Source: a virus
Length of the DNA: 64,000 bases
Strand: one strand, 5' to 3'
IMG/VR virus record: IMGVR_UViG_3300042554_001073
Numbering within the stretch: the first letter of the stretch is position 1; each line of letters opens with the position of its first letter. The position numbers and the translations under genes were made by a program. Positions 53,538-63,691 of this stretch are shown piece after piece. The notes below the pieces were generated by a model, which searched no databases, was not told the DNA's origin, and saw nothing but the letters and a program-made list of their open reading frames with translations.

Positions 53538-56500
53538 TTACCCACCTTGATGTAGTATCTCAAATGGATCACTTCCATCACCAACCGGTATGAATGCAAC
53601 TCTATCCGAAGAAGAATCATAACTAGAATCCATCTCACCCACACCTGGAGTTGGGATATATATTGTTTGTGGAGCAAGATCATAATATGAAGCATACTGC
53701 TGAATTACTTTCATTACACTCCTTTCATCTTTTGCCTCATTGATAGCAAGGAGCATCGGTTTCGCTTTTGTTATACTACTATCATTATCAATAACAATCT
53801 CCATCCCTTCTTCACCAACCATAGCAAGGTGTGGATATGGTAAAGTTTCTCCACCTTCTTGATATGCAACGTGAACATGATTACCATGCCCAGATGGTTC
53901 ATTTTTTCCATGAAGAAGTTGAACAGGTGTAACGCCTTTCATTCTATTAAATTCTGATATTACTTTCAATATTGGACCCTGCTCGTAAGTGTAAGCACCA
54001 ATATCAAGTGCTCTACCTTGATAATGTAGAGAACCAGAGCTATGCCCAGAGCTTAAACTATATGGAGGATGCTCCGGATGACGATGAACCACAGAAAAGT
54101 CTGGTCCCTGTCTTAGTTTCTTTTTAACATATCTTCCTAGTTCACCTGCAATTTTACTTCCAGCAGAACCATACCCTTTACCCAAAGGTTGTTGACCAGA
54201 TGGTCCGGCACCACCCATAACAACAACATCACCAAGCTGGGGAACTTTTGCTGGTCCTGGATTTTTTGCTCCATATGCTTTTGCCGCTGGACCAACAAAC
54301 CATCCAAAAAAGTTATTTGGCGCATTTTCCTTTCTTCTAATATCTCCAGGTCCTGGTTGATTACTACCGCCCATAAAATCAGTTCGCCCACCAATAAATT
54401 TTCTCGCTTCCGCCTGATATTTTGAATTTTTTAAAGCAGCTGCTGTTTTTTGCAAATCTGATTGCGAAATTCCGGTAGCTATTGATGCGGTCTTAAGATC
54501 TTTAATAGAATGCCACTCTGGATTTGGTACTCCAGTTTTACCTCTTTTTGGATACTTCCAAGTTGGTTCATACTGACCTTGCCTCAAAACTATTTCTTTA
54601 ATAGTCTTTCCACCATATATTCCAGAAGCGACCCTGTTGTAAATTGATTGAGCAACATCAGCAGATCCTTGAGGATCAGAATCTTCCATTCTTGCTATTG
54701 CAACAAGAGTCCAAAAATCAGCGTTGCCTCCAGTAACTGTTGCTCCATCAGGACTAATACCTAAACTAGGATCAGAACCTTCAGTATCTTTATATTTTTC
54801 AGAAGTTTCTGGTTTTTCTTTTTTTGCATTTTCACGTATCATTCTCAAAGTTTTTTGAGCGTTACTCTCAATCTCTCCTTGAAAAGTTTTCGCAACCCAG
54901 TTACTAATATCACCACCAGTTTCTGCCGCAGACAAAACATCAGGATCTACAAGACCACCCTCAGCGAATGCAGCAACAACTCCGCCCTTTAATTGCTTAT
55001 CCTGTATTCCTTTAGTAATCAACATATTAATTCCAAGACCAACATTCTCATAATCTCTTTGAGATGGTTTTTGTCCAAGTGTTATTTTGGATGTAATCGA
55101 AAGAATTGGTCCAAAGTAATCAGTTTTTCCTAAATCTTCCCCAGCAGTTTTAACTACACCAAAAGGATTGACAGCATCCACTACTTTTTTTACTGCCTTA
55201 AATGGATTTGGAAATATTCCAAATATCTTATCTTCTCCACCAACATCAGCACCTGGTTTGATTTCAACCTCTCCAGGTTTTCTAGGAACCACTCTCTTAT
55301 ACTTTCCTTTTGTACCCTTGCTTATAGTTCTTCTTGCTCGGGATACTCTCTTTCCACCTCTCGTTATTCCACCACTTCTATATGCATATGGTTTACCTGT
55401 ATTAGGATCTCTATCAAATAAACCCATCTTTTTGAGTCCCGCATCAGCTAAATTATATGCTGCAGTTCCAGCAAGAGAAGAAGCAGCAAATCCAGCAACA
55501 GCAAGACCAATAGCAGCAGGTAACCCAACACCAGTTATTCCAAGTGCGGCGGCAGCACCAAGAGTAGCAGCATAGGCACCCATTCCAGCGACAACACCAG
55601 AAACAGCACTCAAGAGAGTTCTTAATCCATCTTTTCCTCTTCCTTGAGATACTAACATTCCAGAACTTATCAAATCTGGAATCAAGAATACCAATCCTAA
55701 CAATCCACCTCTAGCCTTCACTCCTCTTGGTACTTTGATTTTAGGGCCTGCAGGTTTTCCACCTTGACCAGTAGTAACAGTTGGTCTTTGGCGAAGAGGA
55801 TTTCTTATATCTGGTCTTCCAGCAGCACCACCTCCAGATGTAGTTACTTGTGGTCTTCCTCCTCTTCCAGGTCCAGGTCTTCCACCTCTTTGAGGTCCAG
55901 TCCCTCCACTATCACCACCTTGAGTTGCAAGAACAGTAGCAGCAATGATAGCGGTTTCAACTAATGTTCCAACTGCTCCAGTAAATCCATCAAAGACTTT
56001 AGCAAAATTTTCACCACCAATGCTCTTCATCATACCACGGGTAAAGTCAATCGCTTTATATCCCCAATCAACAAAAGTAACTAAACCATTTAATAGTTTT
56101 CCACCTACATCAATAATGAAGTCTGCAGCAGACCCAAGAAACTTTACGATTGGTTTTATTTTTGGTAGATAATCAACTAACCTTACAGCAAAATATCCAA
56201 GAATAACATTTCCAATAAAGTTCTTTACCCAATCAAGAAATCCCATTCTAGGAATTTTTGGCATCTTGATTGGTCCCTTTTCTGCTTGAGGTTTTGTTTC
56301 TAGTTTTTCTTCTTGCTTTTCTCTTCTCTTTCCACTCTCTTGTCTTTTCTTAGTATCAAGAGATTTTTTTTCTGCGGCAAGAGTTCCTTTTAATATGTTC
56401 TCAATTTTAATAACATTAACTTTAATACCTTCAATATTTTTTATTGATTTTTTAGAAAGAACAATATTAGTAGGACCACCTCCAACCATTTTTTTCTGGA

Positions 56501-56585
56501 GTTCTTCTTTCATAGCAAGTCTTCCACCATAACGTCTATGGAGTTCTGATGGTCTGTTTAGGAGTTTATCTGAGGTGATTGCCAT
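53538..56585 (-). CDS. tail-associated peptidoglycan hydrolase / tape-measure-like protein with SleB-like and peptidase M15-like domains
   Basis: AIARMED...VAQSIYNRV...GQYEP; GHSSGSLHYQGRALDIG...HGNHVHVA. Confidence 0.7.
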   Translation of the reverse strand: MAITSDKLLNRPSELHRRYGGRLAMKEELQKKMVGGGPTNIVLSKKSIKNIEGIKVNVIKIENILKGTLAAEKKSLDTKKRQESGKRREKQEEKLETKPQAEKGPIKMPKIPRMGFLDWVKNFIGNVILGYFAVRLVDYLPKIKPIVKFLGSAADFIIDVGGKLLNGLVTFVDWGYKAIDFTRGMMKSIGGENFAKVFDGFTGAVGTLVETAIIAATVLATQGGDSGGTGPQRGGRPGPGRGGRPQVTTSGGGAAGRPDIRNPLRQRPTVTTGQGGKPAGPKIKVPRGVKARGGLLGLVFLIPDLISSGMLVSQGRGKDGLRTLLSAVSGVVAGMGAYAATLGAAAALGITGVGLPAAIGLAVAGFAASSLAGTAAYNLADAGLKKMGLFDRDPNTGKPYAYRSGGITRGGKRVSRARRTISKGTKGKYKRVVPRKPGEVEIKPGADVGGEDKIFGIFPNPFKAVKKVVDAVNPFGVVKTAGEDLGKTDYFGPILSITSKITLGQKPSQRDYENVGLGINMLITKGIQDKQLKGGVVAAFAEGGLVDPDVLSAAETGGDISNWVAKTFQGEIESNAQKTLRMIRENAKKEKPETSEKYKDTEGSDPSLGISPDGATVTGGNADFWTLVAIARMEDSDPQGSADVAQSIYNRVASGIYGGKTIKEIVLRQGQYEPTWKYPKRGKTGVPNPEWHSIKDLKTASIATGISQSDLQKTAAALKNSKYQAEARKFIGGRTDFMGGSNQPGPGDIRRKENAPNNFFGWFVGPAAKAYGAKNPGPAKVPQLGDVVVMGGAGPSGQQPLGKGYGSAGSKIAGELGRYVKKKLRQGPDFSVVHRHPEHPPYSLSSGHSSGSLHYQGRALDIGAYTYEQGPILKVISEFNRMKGVTPVQLLHGKNEPSGHGNHVHVAYQEGGETLPYPHLAMVGEEGMEIVIDNDSSITKAKPMLLAINEAKDERSVMKVIQQYASYYDLAPQTIYIPTPGVGEMDSSYDSSSDRVAFIPVGDGSDPFEILHQGG

Positions 56586-56589
56586 CTTC

Positions 56590-59211
56590 TTATATTCTTA
56601 TTCCTAAAATGTTAATCTTTGGTCTAGAATTATTAGAAGCATTGAAGTTTGGAGTTTTTGTTGAAGACCTTTGACCGCCACGATTTTTCTTTGATGATGC
56701 AGATGGCACAGGTGGTCCATAAACTACTTTTGGTTTTGGCGCTGTTGGTGGTTGAACGGGTTTTACTCCAGCATTTTTTGGTCTAGCAAATCTAGATTTG
56801 TATGGACCAGATTGTTTTCTTCTGGGATCATTAGCACCATACATTGAAACTGATGCTGGAGTGGCTTTTGGTTTTCCTGTTTTGGGGTCAATATTTTTAA
56901 CAGAACCAACTTCAATTTCAGATCCAAGAGCTCTTTGATTCATCCAACCAATATCCTGAGCAAATTTTCCAGCCATCGAAGCAATATTATATAATCCTTG
57001 CCCAATATCACCCCTCTTTATAGACTCCATCGATTTTTTAGCATATACACCGACAGGTTCATTAAAATTATATACATCATTAGTAACTATCTTATCTCCT
57101 TTTTGTGTTCCAGACCATCTACCAAAAGTGGAATTAAAGAATTTTCCTCCGCCAAATCCACTAGCACCTCCCAAAGATTTAAGGTCATCAGTATACTGAC
57201 CAGAACCCTGTCCAGAAACTCTATTCCATTCCATAGACATTTTTCCATCAGCACCAACTCTTAAACCATTTGCTGATGCTGTTCTATCAATCATCTCTTG
57301 TCTTGCTTTATCAACAGACTCATTACTTAATATTTTAAGTGGTCTTCCTAATGGACCGAGCATAGCTTTAAGATATGTAAATGATGTCATACCAAAAGCA
57401 TTTCCTGTTGGGATTGGAATCAATCCCTTATTCATCGTGTCTTTTAAAAATCCTTTAGGCAAACTTTGTATCCAAGCATCATATTTACTAATCGCCTCTT
57501 GACTTTTCCTTTCATTATTTTCTGCCATCATCTTATATTTTTTACTTGTTCCCAATTTACTAACAGAGTCAGAAGCATTTCTAGCAACTTCTTTAACAGT
57601 ATTGAAGTTGCTTTGCAAAGAAGTCAAAGCTTGATTTCCAAGATTTGAAAGGTCATTTTGTGCTCCACCACGGGTGAGATATCCATGCATCTCTGCCCCC
57701 TTATTCATAAATCCACTATAAGCACTAGAAGAAGATTTTGATATTGCATTCTGAACTGAAATACCTGCTTGTTTTGCTAGACTACTTGCCCATCTGTGTT
57801 GGGGAGCAAGTCCTTTTAAAATTTCATTAATATAATATTGAGAATTGCTACCAATACCACCCATCAAAGAACTTGGTATGGAATTTTCAGATTTTTCCCC
57901 ATCAAAAGAGTTTCTACTTCTAGGTTCTGATGCTGATGTACCAGAAATATATCCACCGGCAGATGCGTATGCTGTTCCACCAACGATCTTTGGTTTATTA
58001 GTTCCTCCTCCAGCAGCGTTCATCGCTTCCAGAGTATCAACTCCATACTTCTGAACAGCACCTGCAGACATAACAAATTCACCATCAGAAAGCATTGCTG
58101 GAATCTTATCATCCTTTGGTCCACCAGGTCCATTTATAAGACCATTTGATCCACCCATAGCTCCACCAAGAAGCATACCAAGAGGTCCAAAAGATGATCC
58201 AATTCCGGCGCCCTTTAACATTCCTTTAAAGTTAAATCCACCACCACTAAAGGAAGGTAATTTTGGTACTACATATCCACCACCAGATAACTTTTGAGTT
58301 GGTTCCTGACCACCTTTAAGCGTATTGCTTAAAGCCATTGTGCCAGCAATAGTAACTCCAGCTTCTAATCCAGCAGAAAGAACTTTGCCCCTTCTACCTC
58401 CCAGAAAACTAGCAACTCTACCTGCCCTTCCAATACCCGCTCTAGCTGCCAAACCAGCAACAGCAGCACCAAGTCTAACGGTGCTTTTTATAACAAGAGA
58501 TATTAATCCCCTAGCAAACTTACCAAATGATGTACCAAATACAATATAGAGAGATAGAAGAGTTGGTCCCCAGTCACTAAAGAAACGTATGATTGATTTT
58601 AACTTAGTTTGATTTTTCTTATCTCCCATCCATTCTACAATTTTATATACTATCCTTCCTAGAATGACAGTTCCTATAAAATCAAATATTCTATCAAGAA
58701 GACTTTTAACAGGTGCTATAACTTTTTCTGCAGTTTTAGCAATCCCTTTAAATACTTTTTCTAACTTACTTTCAGCAAGTCCTCTTTTCTCTTGCTCTGC
58801 TCTTTTTCTTTCATAAGCAGCAGTATCATCAGCAAGTTTTTTTCTTCCTGCAAATATCTCCGCAATAGAATTTACAGATTTTGCAATCGCAGAAATATTA
58901 TCTTCTACTTTTGAAGTAGAACTTCCAGGCAATTTTGCCCCAATATTTTCACCGCTTATTCTTTTGCTCTGAGATTGTGAAAGATTTTTAAGAATAGATA
59001 TCTTTCTAGAGTTGTTATTGACGGATTTTTCTAAGTCAATAAAGCGGACTGCAAGTTTTCTTGTATGTCCAGCAAGAGAACTCAAAGTTTTATGTATATT
59101 CGCAATGCTTTTTGATGAATCAAAAGAGCTTCCTCTCTTAAAACTTTCAGCAGAGATGACAGTCTTCTTAAGTTGTTTATCTAAATCTGTTACGTCTTTA
59201 GAAGTGGGCAT
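56590..59211 (-). CDS. tape-measure / baseplate hub gp29-like protein
   Basis: Helical amphipathic N-half; GPGGPKDDKIPAMLSDGEFVM motif. Confidence 0.65.
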   Translation of the reverse strand: MPTSKDVTDLDKQLKKTVISAESFKRGSSFDSSKSIANIHKTLSSLAGHTRKLAVRFIDLEKSVNNNSRKISILKNLSQSQSKRISGENIGAKLPGSSTSKVEDNISAIAKSVNSIAEIFAGRKKLADDTAAYERKRAEQEKRGLAESKLEKVFKGIAKTAEKVIAPVKSLLDRIFDFIGTVILGRIVYKIVEWMGDKKNQTKLKSIIRFFSDWGPTLLSLYIVFGTSFGKFARGLISLVIKSTVRLGAAVAGLAARAGIGRAGRVASFLGGRRGKVLSAGLEAGVTIAGTMALSNTLKGGQEPTQKLSGGGYVVPKLPSFSGGGFNFKGMLKGAGIGSSFGPLGMLLGGAMGGSNGLINGPGGPKDDKIPAMLSDGEFVMSAGAVQKYGVDTLEAMNAAGGGTNKPKIVGGTAYASAGGYISGTSASEPRSRNSFDGEKSENSIPSSLMGGIGSNSQYYINEILKGLAPQHRWASSLAKQAGISVQNAISKSSSSAYSGFMNKGAEMHGYLTRGGAQNDLSNLGNQALTSLQSNFNTVKEVARNASDSVSKLGTSKKYKMMAENNERKSQEAISKYDAWIQSLPKGFLKDTMNKGLIPIPTGNAFGMTSFTYLKAMLGPLGRPLKILSNESVDKARQEMIDRTASANGLRVGADGKMSMEWNRVSGQGSGQYTDDLKSLGGASGFGGGKFFNSTFGRWSGTQKGDKIVTNDVYNFNEPVGVYAKKSMESIKRGDIGQGLYNIASMAGKFAQDIGWMNQRALGSEIEVGSVKNIDPKTGKPKATPASVSMYGANDPRRKQSGPYKSRFARPKNAGVKPVQPPTAPKPKVVYGPPVPSASSKKNRGGQRSSTKTPNFNASNNSRPKINILGIRI

Positions 59212-59386
59212 TACTCATCTGCTGCTGTTGTTTTAATTTCTCTTCTTCAAGATGCTGTTGTAATAATCCAACATAAATGTCCCTTTCCCAAGGTATCCAA
59301 TTTTCAATCTCTGTTAATGAATATTTATGGTACTGCATTAATGAGAAATTTAAACGAAAATAATTCTCAAGGTCCATATGGACCAT
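59198..59386 (-). CDS. gp51: baseplate hub assembly catalyst
   Basis: NFSLMQYHKYSLTEIENWIPWERDIYV; adjacent to gp26. Confidence 0.8.
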   Translation of the reverse strand: MVHMDLENYFRLNFSLMQYHKYSLTEIENWIPWERDIYVGLLQQHLEEEKLKQQQQMSNAHF

Positions 59387-59388
59387 TG

Positions 59389-60108
59389 CTACGCGAAAAA
59401 AGACGCTAACCCTTCTAGAACCACTTCACTTTCAACTTTAGTTTTGGGGTTAGTAACCTTAATGATGTGCGAAAGTTTTGGCATTGTATCAAAGAACTTT
59501 TCAATGTCTTTGAATTGGGAAGAATTCATAGACTCCAGGAAGTCAGAAAGCTCCTTCTTTGTAACATCAGACGTTGACCAAACTTCATCTTCTGTATAAA
59601 TTTTATCAATACAAGATCCAATCAAATCAAATGACTGATCCATCGCATTCTTATTATCAAAATCAAAATTGCTCTTGATGAACTGGTCCAATGATGGATA
59701 CTTCATTTCCATCATGATATTTTGATCAACCTTAATTCTATTAGAGTGTTCTTCGTTCTTTTGAACTTGAATATCATCCAGATTAATTTTTACAGCAACC
59801 TGAGTTTCTTCATCATCTGGACAAATAACATTTACCTCAAGTTCTTCCCCAACAGACTTACCACGGATATTGAGGAACAAATATTCAATATCAAAAGTTG
59901 GCAGAGATTCTACTTTTATATTTTTTGTAATGATACAGTTTTTAATAACTGTTTTGATAGCGGTTGTAATTTGCTTTGTATCTTCACTCTCCAAAGCGAT
60001 TACAAGAAGTTTTTCTTCTTTAACTAGAAAAGGTCTATATTGAATTGTCTCTCCTGTTGATGGCAATTCAAGTTCATAAGTTGGTGTAGAAATCTTTGGT
60101 AAAGGCAT
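59389..60108 (-). CDS. gp26: baseplate hub subunit
   Basis: MPLPKISTPTYELELPS...YRPFLVKEEKLL...LRIRGKSVGE-like segment...VLEGLASFF. Confidence 0.9.
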   Translation of the reverse strand: MPLPKISTPTYELELPSTGETIQYRPFLVKEEKLLVIALESEDTKQITTAIKTVIKNCIITKNIKVESLPTFDIEYLFLNIRGKSVGEELEVNVICPDDEETQVAVKINLDDIQVQKNEEHSNRIKVDQNIMMEMKYPSLDQFIKSNFDFDNKNAMDQSFDLIGSCIDKIYTEDEVWSTSDVTKKELSDFLESMNSSQFKDIEKFFDTMPKLSHIIKVTNPKTKVESEVVLEGLASFFA

Positions 60109-60151
60109 AATGTCCTATAAAATTTTTCAGGTGTGATTATTTATGGTGGAT

Positions 60152-60208
60152 GGACAGATGGAGAGGTGTCCACTAGACCATGACATGAGCGAAAATCTGT
60201 CGTATAAT
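60152..60208 (+). promoter_or_regulatory. sigma70-type early promoter with upstream GGACA...TGTCC inverted repeat
   Basis: ATGACA-N17-TATAAT at 60180..60208. Confidence 0.7.
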
Positions 60209-60230
60209 AAAGAGGTAAGAAAACAAATCA

Positions 60231-60467
60231 ATGCGTCGGTTATTTTTCAGTCTGGTCTTTCTTTATGGTGCTGGTCTTTCCATCTACTTTGGAGGATGGG
60301 GAATCAGAGATATGGAAGCACTGGAGAAAGCAGTAGCAGTAGGTGCTAGACACGAAGAAATTAGGCATCGTATGAACGTTGCTGCAGAAGGTAACTGGTT
60401 CCTACTAGCAAATCTAATTGCTGTTACAGGTGCTCTTGGAACCATCGGGACCAAAAAAGATGATTAA
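60231..60467 (+). CDS. small membrane protein with two hydrophobic segments
   Basis: 78 aa, downstream of the promoter with GAGG upstream. Confidence 0.7.
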   Translation: MRRLFFSLVFLYGAGLSIYFGGWGIRDMEALEKAVAVGARHEEIRHRMNVAAEGNWFLLANLIAVTGALGTIGTKKDD

Positions 60468-60597
60468 TATACTAAAAAAACTATTCTTTGCCTACTGCAT
60501 AATAGTCTGTTCAGTTTTTGGTATTGGTTATATATTTACAGGTCTAGCAACTCTAGGTCTCATTCCCCCACCACCAACTGACTGGAAAGATAATTGA
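60460..60597 (+). CDS. 45 aa membrane peptide (MINILKKLFFAYCIIVCSVFGIGYIFTGLATLGLIPPPPTDWKDN)
   Basis: Translated by hand; overlaps the previous stop and is followed by a terminator. Confidence 0.6.
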   Translation: MINILKKLFFAYCIIVCSVFGIGYIFTGLATLGLIPPPPTDWKDN

Positions 60598-60620
60598 GGG
60601 TCATTAAGACCCTCTTTTTT
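60596..60620 (+). terminator. intrinsic terminator
   Basis: GAGGGTC-ATTAA-GACCCTC-TTTTTT. Confidence 0.85.
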
Positions 60621-61515
60621 ATGCTAAGAGGTTTGCTCCTAATGTTCCCTCAGCACCTCTACCTAATTGGTCTCTAACACCAAATTGGTCCAATGTAGGA
60701 TTTCCAATATTGAGAAAGTCGTTATTGACTCCAGTTCTAGGTGTTCCTTGTGGTCCTTCAACTCCAAATTGTGGATTTAAGAAATAACTCGGAGCACTAT
60801 TAAAAGAAGCTTGCTCAATAGGAGTTATATTTTGAGTTCCACTTTCCTGTCGTTGAGGAGGATCTTGTACTTTATTAAGAATATATCGAATATATGTCAT
60901 AGAAACCATACACTTCAATAATGAAGATGATTCATAAGAAACTGGCATTGAAGAAACACTAATTGGATAAGTTTTTATGAAATCATATTGTAAAGTACTA
61001 GCAAGATTTCCTTTTGCTCCAAGTGTGCTTTTTTCAAATTTAATTACAGATAACTTATTTGCTCTATAGTCATCCACATATTGGAATCTATAAAAATAAT
61101 TTTCATCTCTTGAAGTAATATTTCCCTTTTCCTGTTGTGGTGTATCAGATGCTTCTTGTGCTATGTATTTAATCCATGTTTCAAACACTCTTATAGGAAG
61201 ATAATTTTCCGCATCAACATAGAAAGTTAAATCAATTCTATCATCATATACTCTTCGATATGCGTGCCTTTCCGTTACTCCTGTATAGTCATTTGTCAAC
61301 TCCAATGTTGCTAGATTGGATCCAGGTAAAGATGCTTCAGAACATAATAAGTTTAGTTTATCAAAATTAACAGAATTAATTTGAATACCATTTTGATTTA
61401 AATATCCACCACTTGTCAATTTTTGTGGAAGAGAAAGTTCTATCTCAAAGTGAGAAGTAGTTGCTGGATGTAGCAACGCAGATTTAATTTGTGAAACGCT
61501 CCTTGAGGTAGGCAT
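60619..61515 (-). CDS. tail-tube initiator / gp54-gp19-like protein
   Basis: LLCSEASLPGSNL...AYRRVYDDRIDLTFYVD...YDFIKTYPISVSSM. Confidence 0.7.
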   Translation of the reverse strand: MPTSRSVSQIKSALLHPATTSHFEIELSLPQKLTSGGYLNQNGIQINSVNFDKLNLLCSEASLPGSNLATLELTNDYTGVTERHAYRRVYDDRIDLTFYVDAENYLPIRVFETWIKYIAQEASDTPQQEKGNITSRDENYFYRFQYVDDYRANKLSVIKFEKSTLGAKGNLASTLQYDFIKTYPISVSSMPVSYESSSLLKCMVSMTYIRYILNKVQDPPQRQESGTQNITPIEQASFNSAPSYFLNPQFGVEGPQGTPRTGVNNDFLNIGNPTLDQFGVRDQLGRGAEGTLGANLLA

Positions 61516-61516
61516 C

Positions 61517-61524
61517 TATAAATA
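61517..61524 (+). promoter_or_regulatory. canonical late promoter TATAAATA
   Basis: Exact T4 late consensus upstream of gp4. Confidence 0.75.
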
Positions 61525-61547
61525 CTTTTTGACCTTATATATTATGT

Positions 61548-61991
61548 ATGGCAGAAAGTATCAAAAGCAAATACAAACCATCTTTCCCACAAAAATATAA
61601 AGGAGATCCCAATAATATTATTTGTCGTAGTAGTTGGGAAAGAATTTTTTGTAGGTACTGTGACTTAAATGAAAGTATACTTGAATGGGGAAGTGAAGAA
61701 TTTTATATACCATATATCTCTCCTGTAGATAAAAGAGTTCATAAGTACTATCCAGACTTTATTATAAAGGTGAAAGAGAGCACTGGTAAGATAAAAACAT
61801 ATGTTATCGAAGTTAAACCAGAAAAACAAACAAGACCTCCTATAAAAAAATCAAGAGCAACAAAATCCTATATTCACGAATGCGTGACTTATGAAGTAAA
61901 TCAAGCAAAGTGGAAAGCAGCAAAAGAATTCTGTGCTGATAGACTGATAGAGTTTAAAGTTATTACAGAAAACGAACTAGGTATCAAGTAA
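61548..61991 (+). CDS. gp4: head completion protein (TnsA-like nuclease fold)
   Basis: KYKGDPNNIICRSSWE...WGSEE..IPY...YYPDF...EVKP...NQAKW. Confidence 0.9.
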   Translation: MAESIKSKYKPSFPQKYKGDPNNIICRSSWERIFCRYCDLNESILEWGSEEFYIPYISPVDKRVHKYYPDFIIKVKESTGKIKTYVIEVKPEKQTRPPIKKSRATKSYIHECVTYEVNQAKWKAAKEFCADRLIEFKVITENELGIK

Positions 61992-62380
61992 TGGCAGAAG
62001 GTTTCGGTCAGTACAAAGGAACAGGAACTGCAAGAACAAGAGAACTTTTAAAAAAAGTTGAACAATCTGGAACATTTGATCCAGAAGATATTATGATGAT
62101 GATTATGGAAATATTCAAAGAAGAAGTTTTATATCCAGAACCAGGTAAGTTTTATACATTTTTATACAAACCAAAGACACCAAATATAGAATATGATCAA
62201 CATCCACTCATTGCTTGTACATCGTTAGAGAGATGGGGATTTAAAGGCATCAATTTTCACTGGAGAGAAGGTAGACAATATACTTGGGAAGAGGTTGTAG
62301 GAAAACTACACGTCGTAAAATACAATGAGCTTGATGAGTTACTTTCTCTGCAGTATGGAAAGTTCCGTCTAAATAAATAA
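61991..62380 (+). CDS. gp2: DNA end protector, gp2-like
   Basis: GKFYTFLYKPK...YDQHPLI...GINFHW; synteny with gp4. Confidence 0.65.
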   Translation: MAEGFGQYKGTGTARTRELLKKVEQSGTFDPEDIMMMIMEIFKEEVLYPEPGKFYTFLYKPKTPNIEYDQHPLIACTSLERWGFKGINFHWREGRQYTWEEVVGKLHVVKYNELDELLSLQYGKFRLNK

Positions 62381-62394
62381 AAACCTATTGTCTA

Positions 62395-63690
62395 ATGGCA
62401 ACATACGGAGAACCTGGCAAAAATCCATATTCAATAAAGGGTATAGGCGGAGTCTTATCCAATGTGGTGAATGCTGAAACTGGAGTTACGCAGGTTTATA
62501 GACAAGGTGCTCTTAATAGATATCAAAGTTTAGGTACTTATAATCCACAAACAAAAAAATTTACTCCAGATTCAAGTTTATCTGAAAATGAAAAAACAGT
62601 TTTTTCATCACCAGAATCAATAAATTCTGTTAAAAATTCCGCAGAGATTACTGCTAAAAAGTCTCAAATAGATTCGGGAATAACACCCGATTCTGCGGAT
62701 AAAAGATCAAAGGAATTATTAAATACAGGAAAAGCAACTACACCTCCACAGGCAGGAGATGGATCAACCCCATCTACACCACCAGAAACGGGAAAAGAAT
62801 TAACTGGAACAAAAACATCAGGGTTTGGTAATTTCATCTATCCAGAAGGTTTGGGGTCAACAAAACAAGATGTGATTAAATTTACAATGTTAGAATACCA
62901 ACCATCTGGAGTTGGAGCAGTTGGTCAACAAGGTGGTCAGAAGACACTTGGTTTTGGAAATAAAAGAGGAAGTGATAAAGATTGGAGTAAAGACAGAAAA
63001 ATAGCAGGAACCGTAACTCTTCCTATTCCATCGGGAATTTCTGATACAAATGCTGCTGATTGGGGACAAAATAGTATGAATGCTCTGGAAGCAGCACTTG
63101 CTGGAGCAGCTTATGAAGCTATTACAGAAGGAATAGGTAGTGGAATTTCTCAGTTAGGATTATCTGCCGAAGCAGCAGCAGGTGAAGAAAATACAAAAAA
63201 AGCCATTGGATCTGCTTTTGCTGCTGCCGCTATGGGAGGAAGTCAATCAGCACTTTTATCAAGAGCAGAAGGTGTAGTAATAAATCCAAATATGGAATTG
63301 CTGTTCAATGGTCCACAACTTAGACCATTTACATTTACCTTCAAAATGTCTGCTAGGAGTAAAACTGAAGCGCAGCAAATAATAAAAATTATAAATTTCT
63401 TTAAAAGAGGAATGTCTCCCATTAAAACAGAATCTACATTATTTCTAAAAGCACCTAATACATTCAAAATACAATACTTACACCTAGGACAAAGTGGAAA
63501 TGATCATCCATACATAGGTAGGATTAAAGAATGTGCACTGCAAACGGTAACTGTAAACTATACTCCGGAAGGACAATATGCTACTTTCTATGACGGAGTT
63601 CTAGTTTCATACGAAATGTCCATGCAGTTTCAAGAACTCGAACCCATATTCAATAGTGATTATGATGGTTTAGAAGGAATAGGTTACTAA
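62395..63690 (+). CDS. gp48: baseplate tail-tube cap
   Basis: LPIPSGISD...NPNMELLFNGPQLRPFTFTFKM...CALQTVTVNYTPEG...FQELEP. Confidence 0.85.
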   Translation: MATYGEPGKNPYSIKGIGGVLSNVVNAETGVTQVYRQGALNRYQSLGTYNPQTKKFTPDSSLSENEKTVFSSPESINSVKNSAEITAKKSQIDSGITPDSADKRSKELLNTGKATTPPQAGDGSTPSTPPETGKELTGTKTSGFGNFIYPEGLGSTKQDVIKFTMLEYQPSGVGAVGQQGGQKTLGFGNKRGSDKDWSKDRKIAGTVTLPIPSGISDTNAADWGQNSMNALEAALAGAAYEAITEGIGSGISQLGLSAEAAAGEENTKKAIGSAFAAAAMGGSQSALLSRAEGVVINPNMELLFNGPQLRPFTFTFKMSARSKTEAQQIIKIINFFKRGMSPIKTESTLFLKAPNTFKIQYLHLGQSGNDHPYIGRIKECALQTVTVNYTPEGQYATFYDGVLVSYEMSMQFQELEPIFNSDYDGLEGIGY

Positions 63691-63691
63691 G

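Noticed and set aside
60143-60349. Plus-strand 68-aa ORF
   Set aside because: It spans the promoter elements and overlaps the better-supported 60231..60467 in another frame.
61548-61991. TnsA-like transposase indicating a Tn7 element
   Set aside because: Synteny with gp2/gp48/gp53 identifies it as head completion gp4; no other tns genes or element ends.
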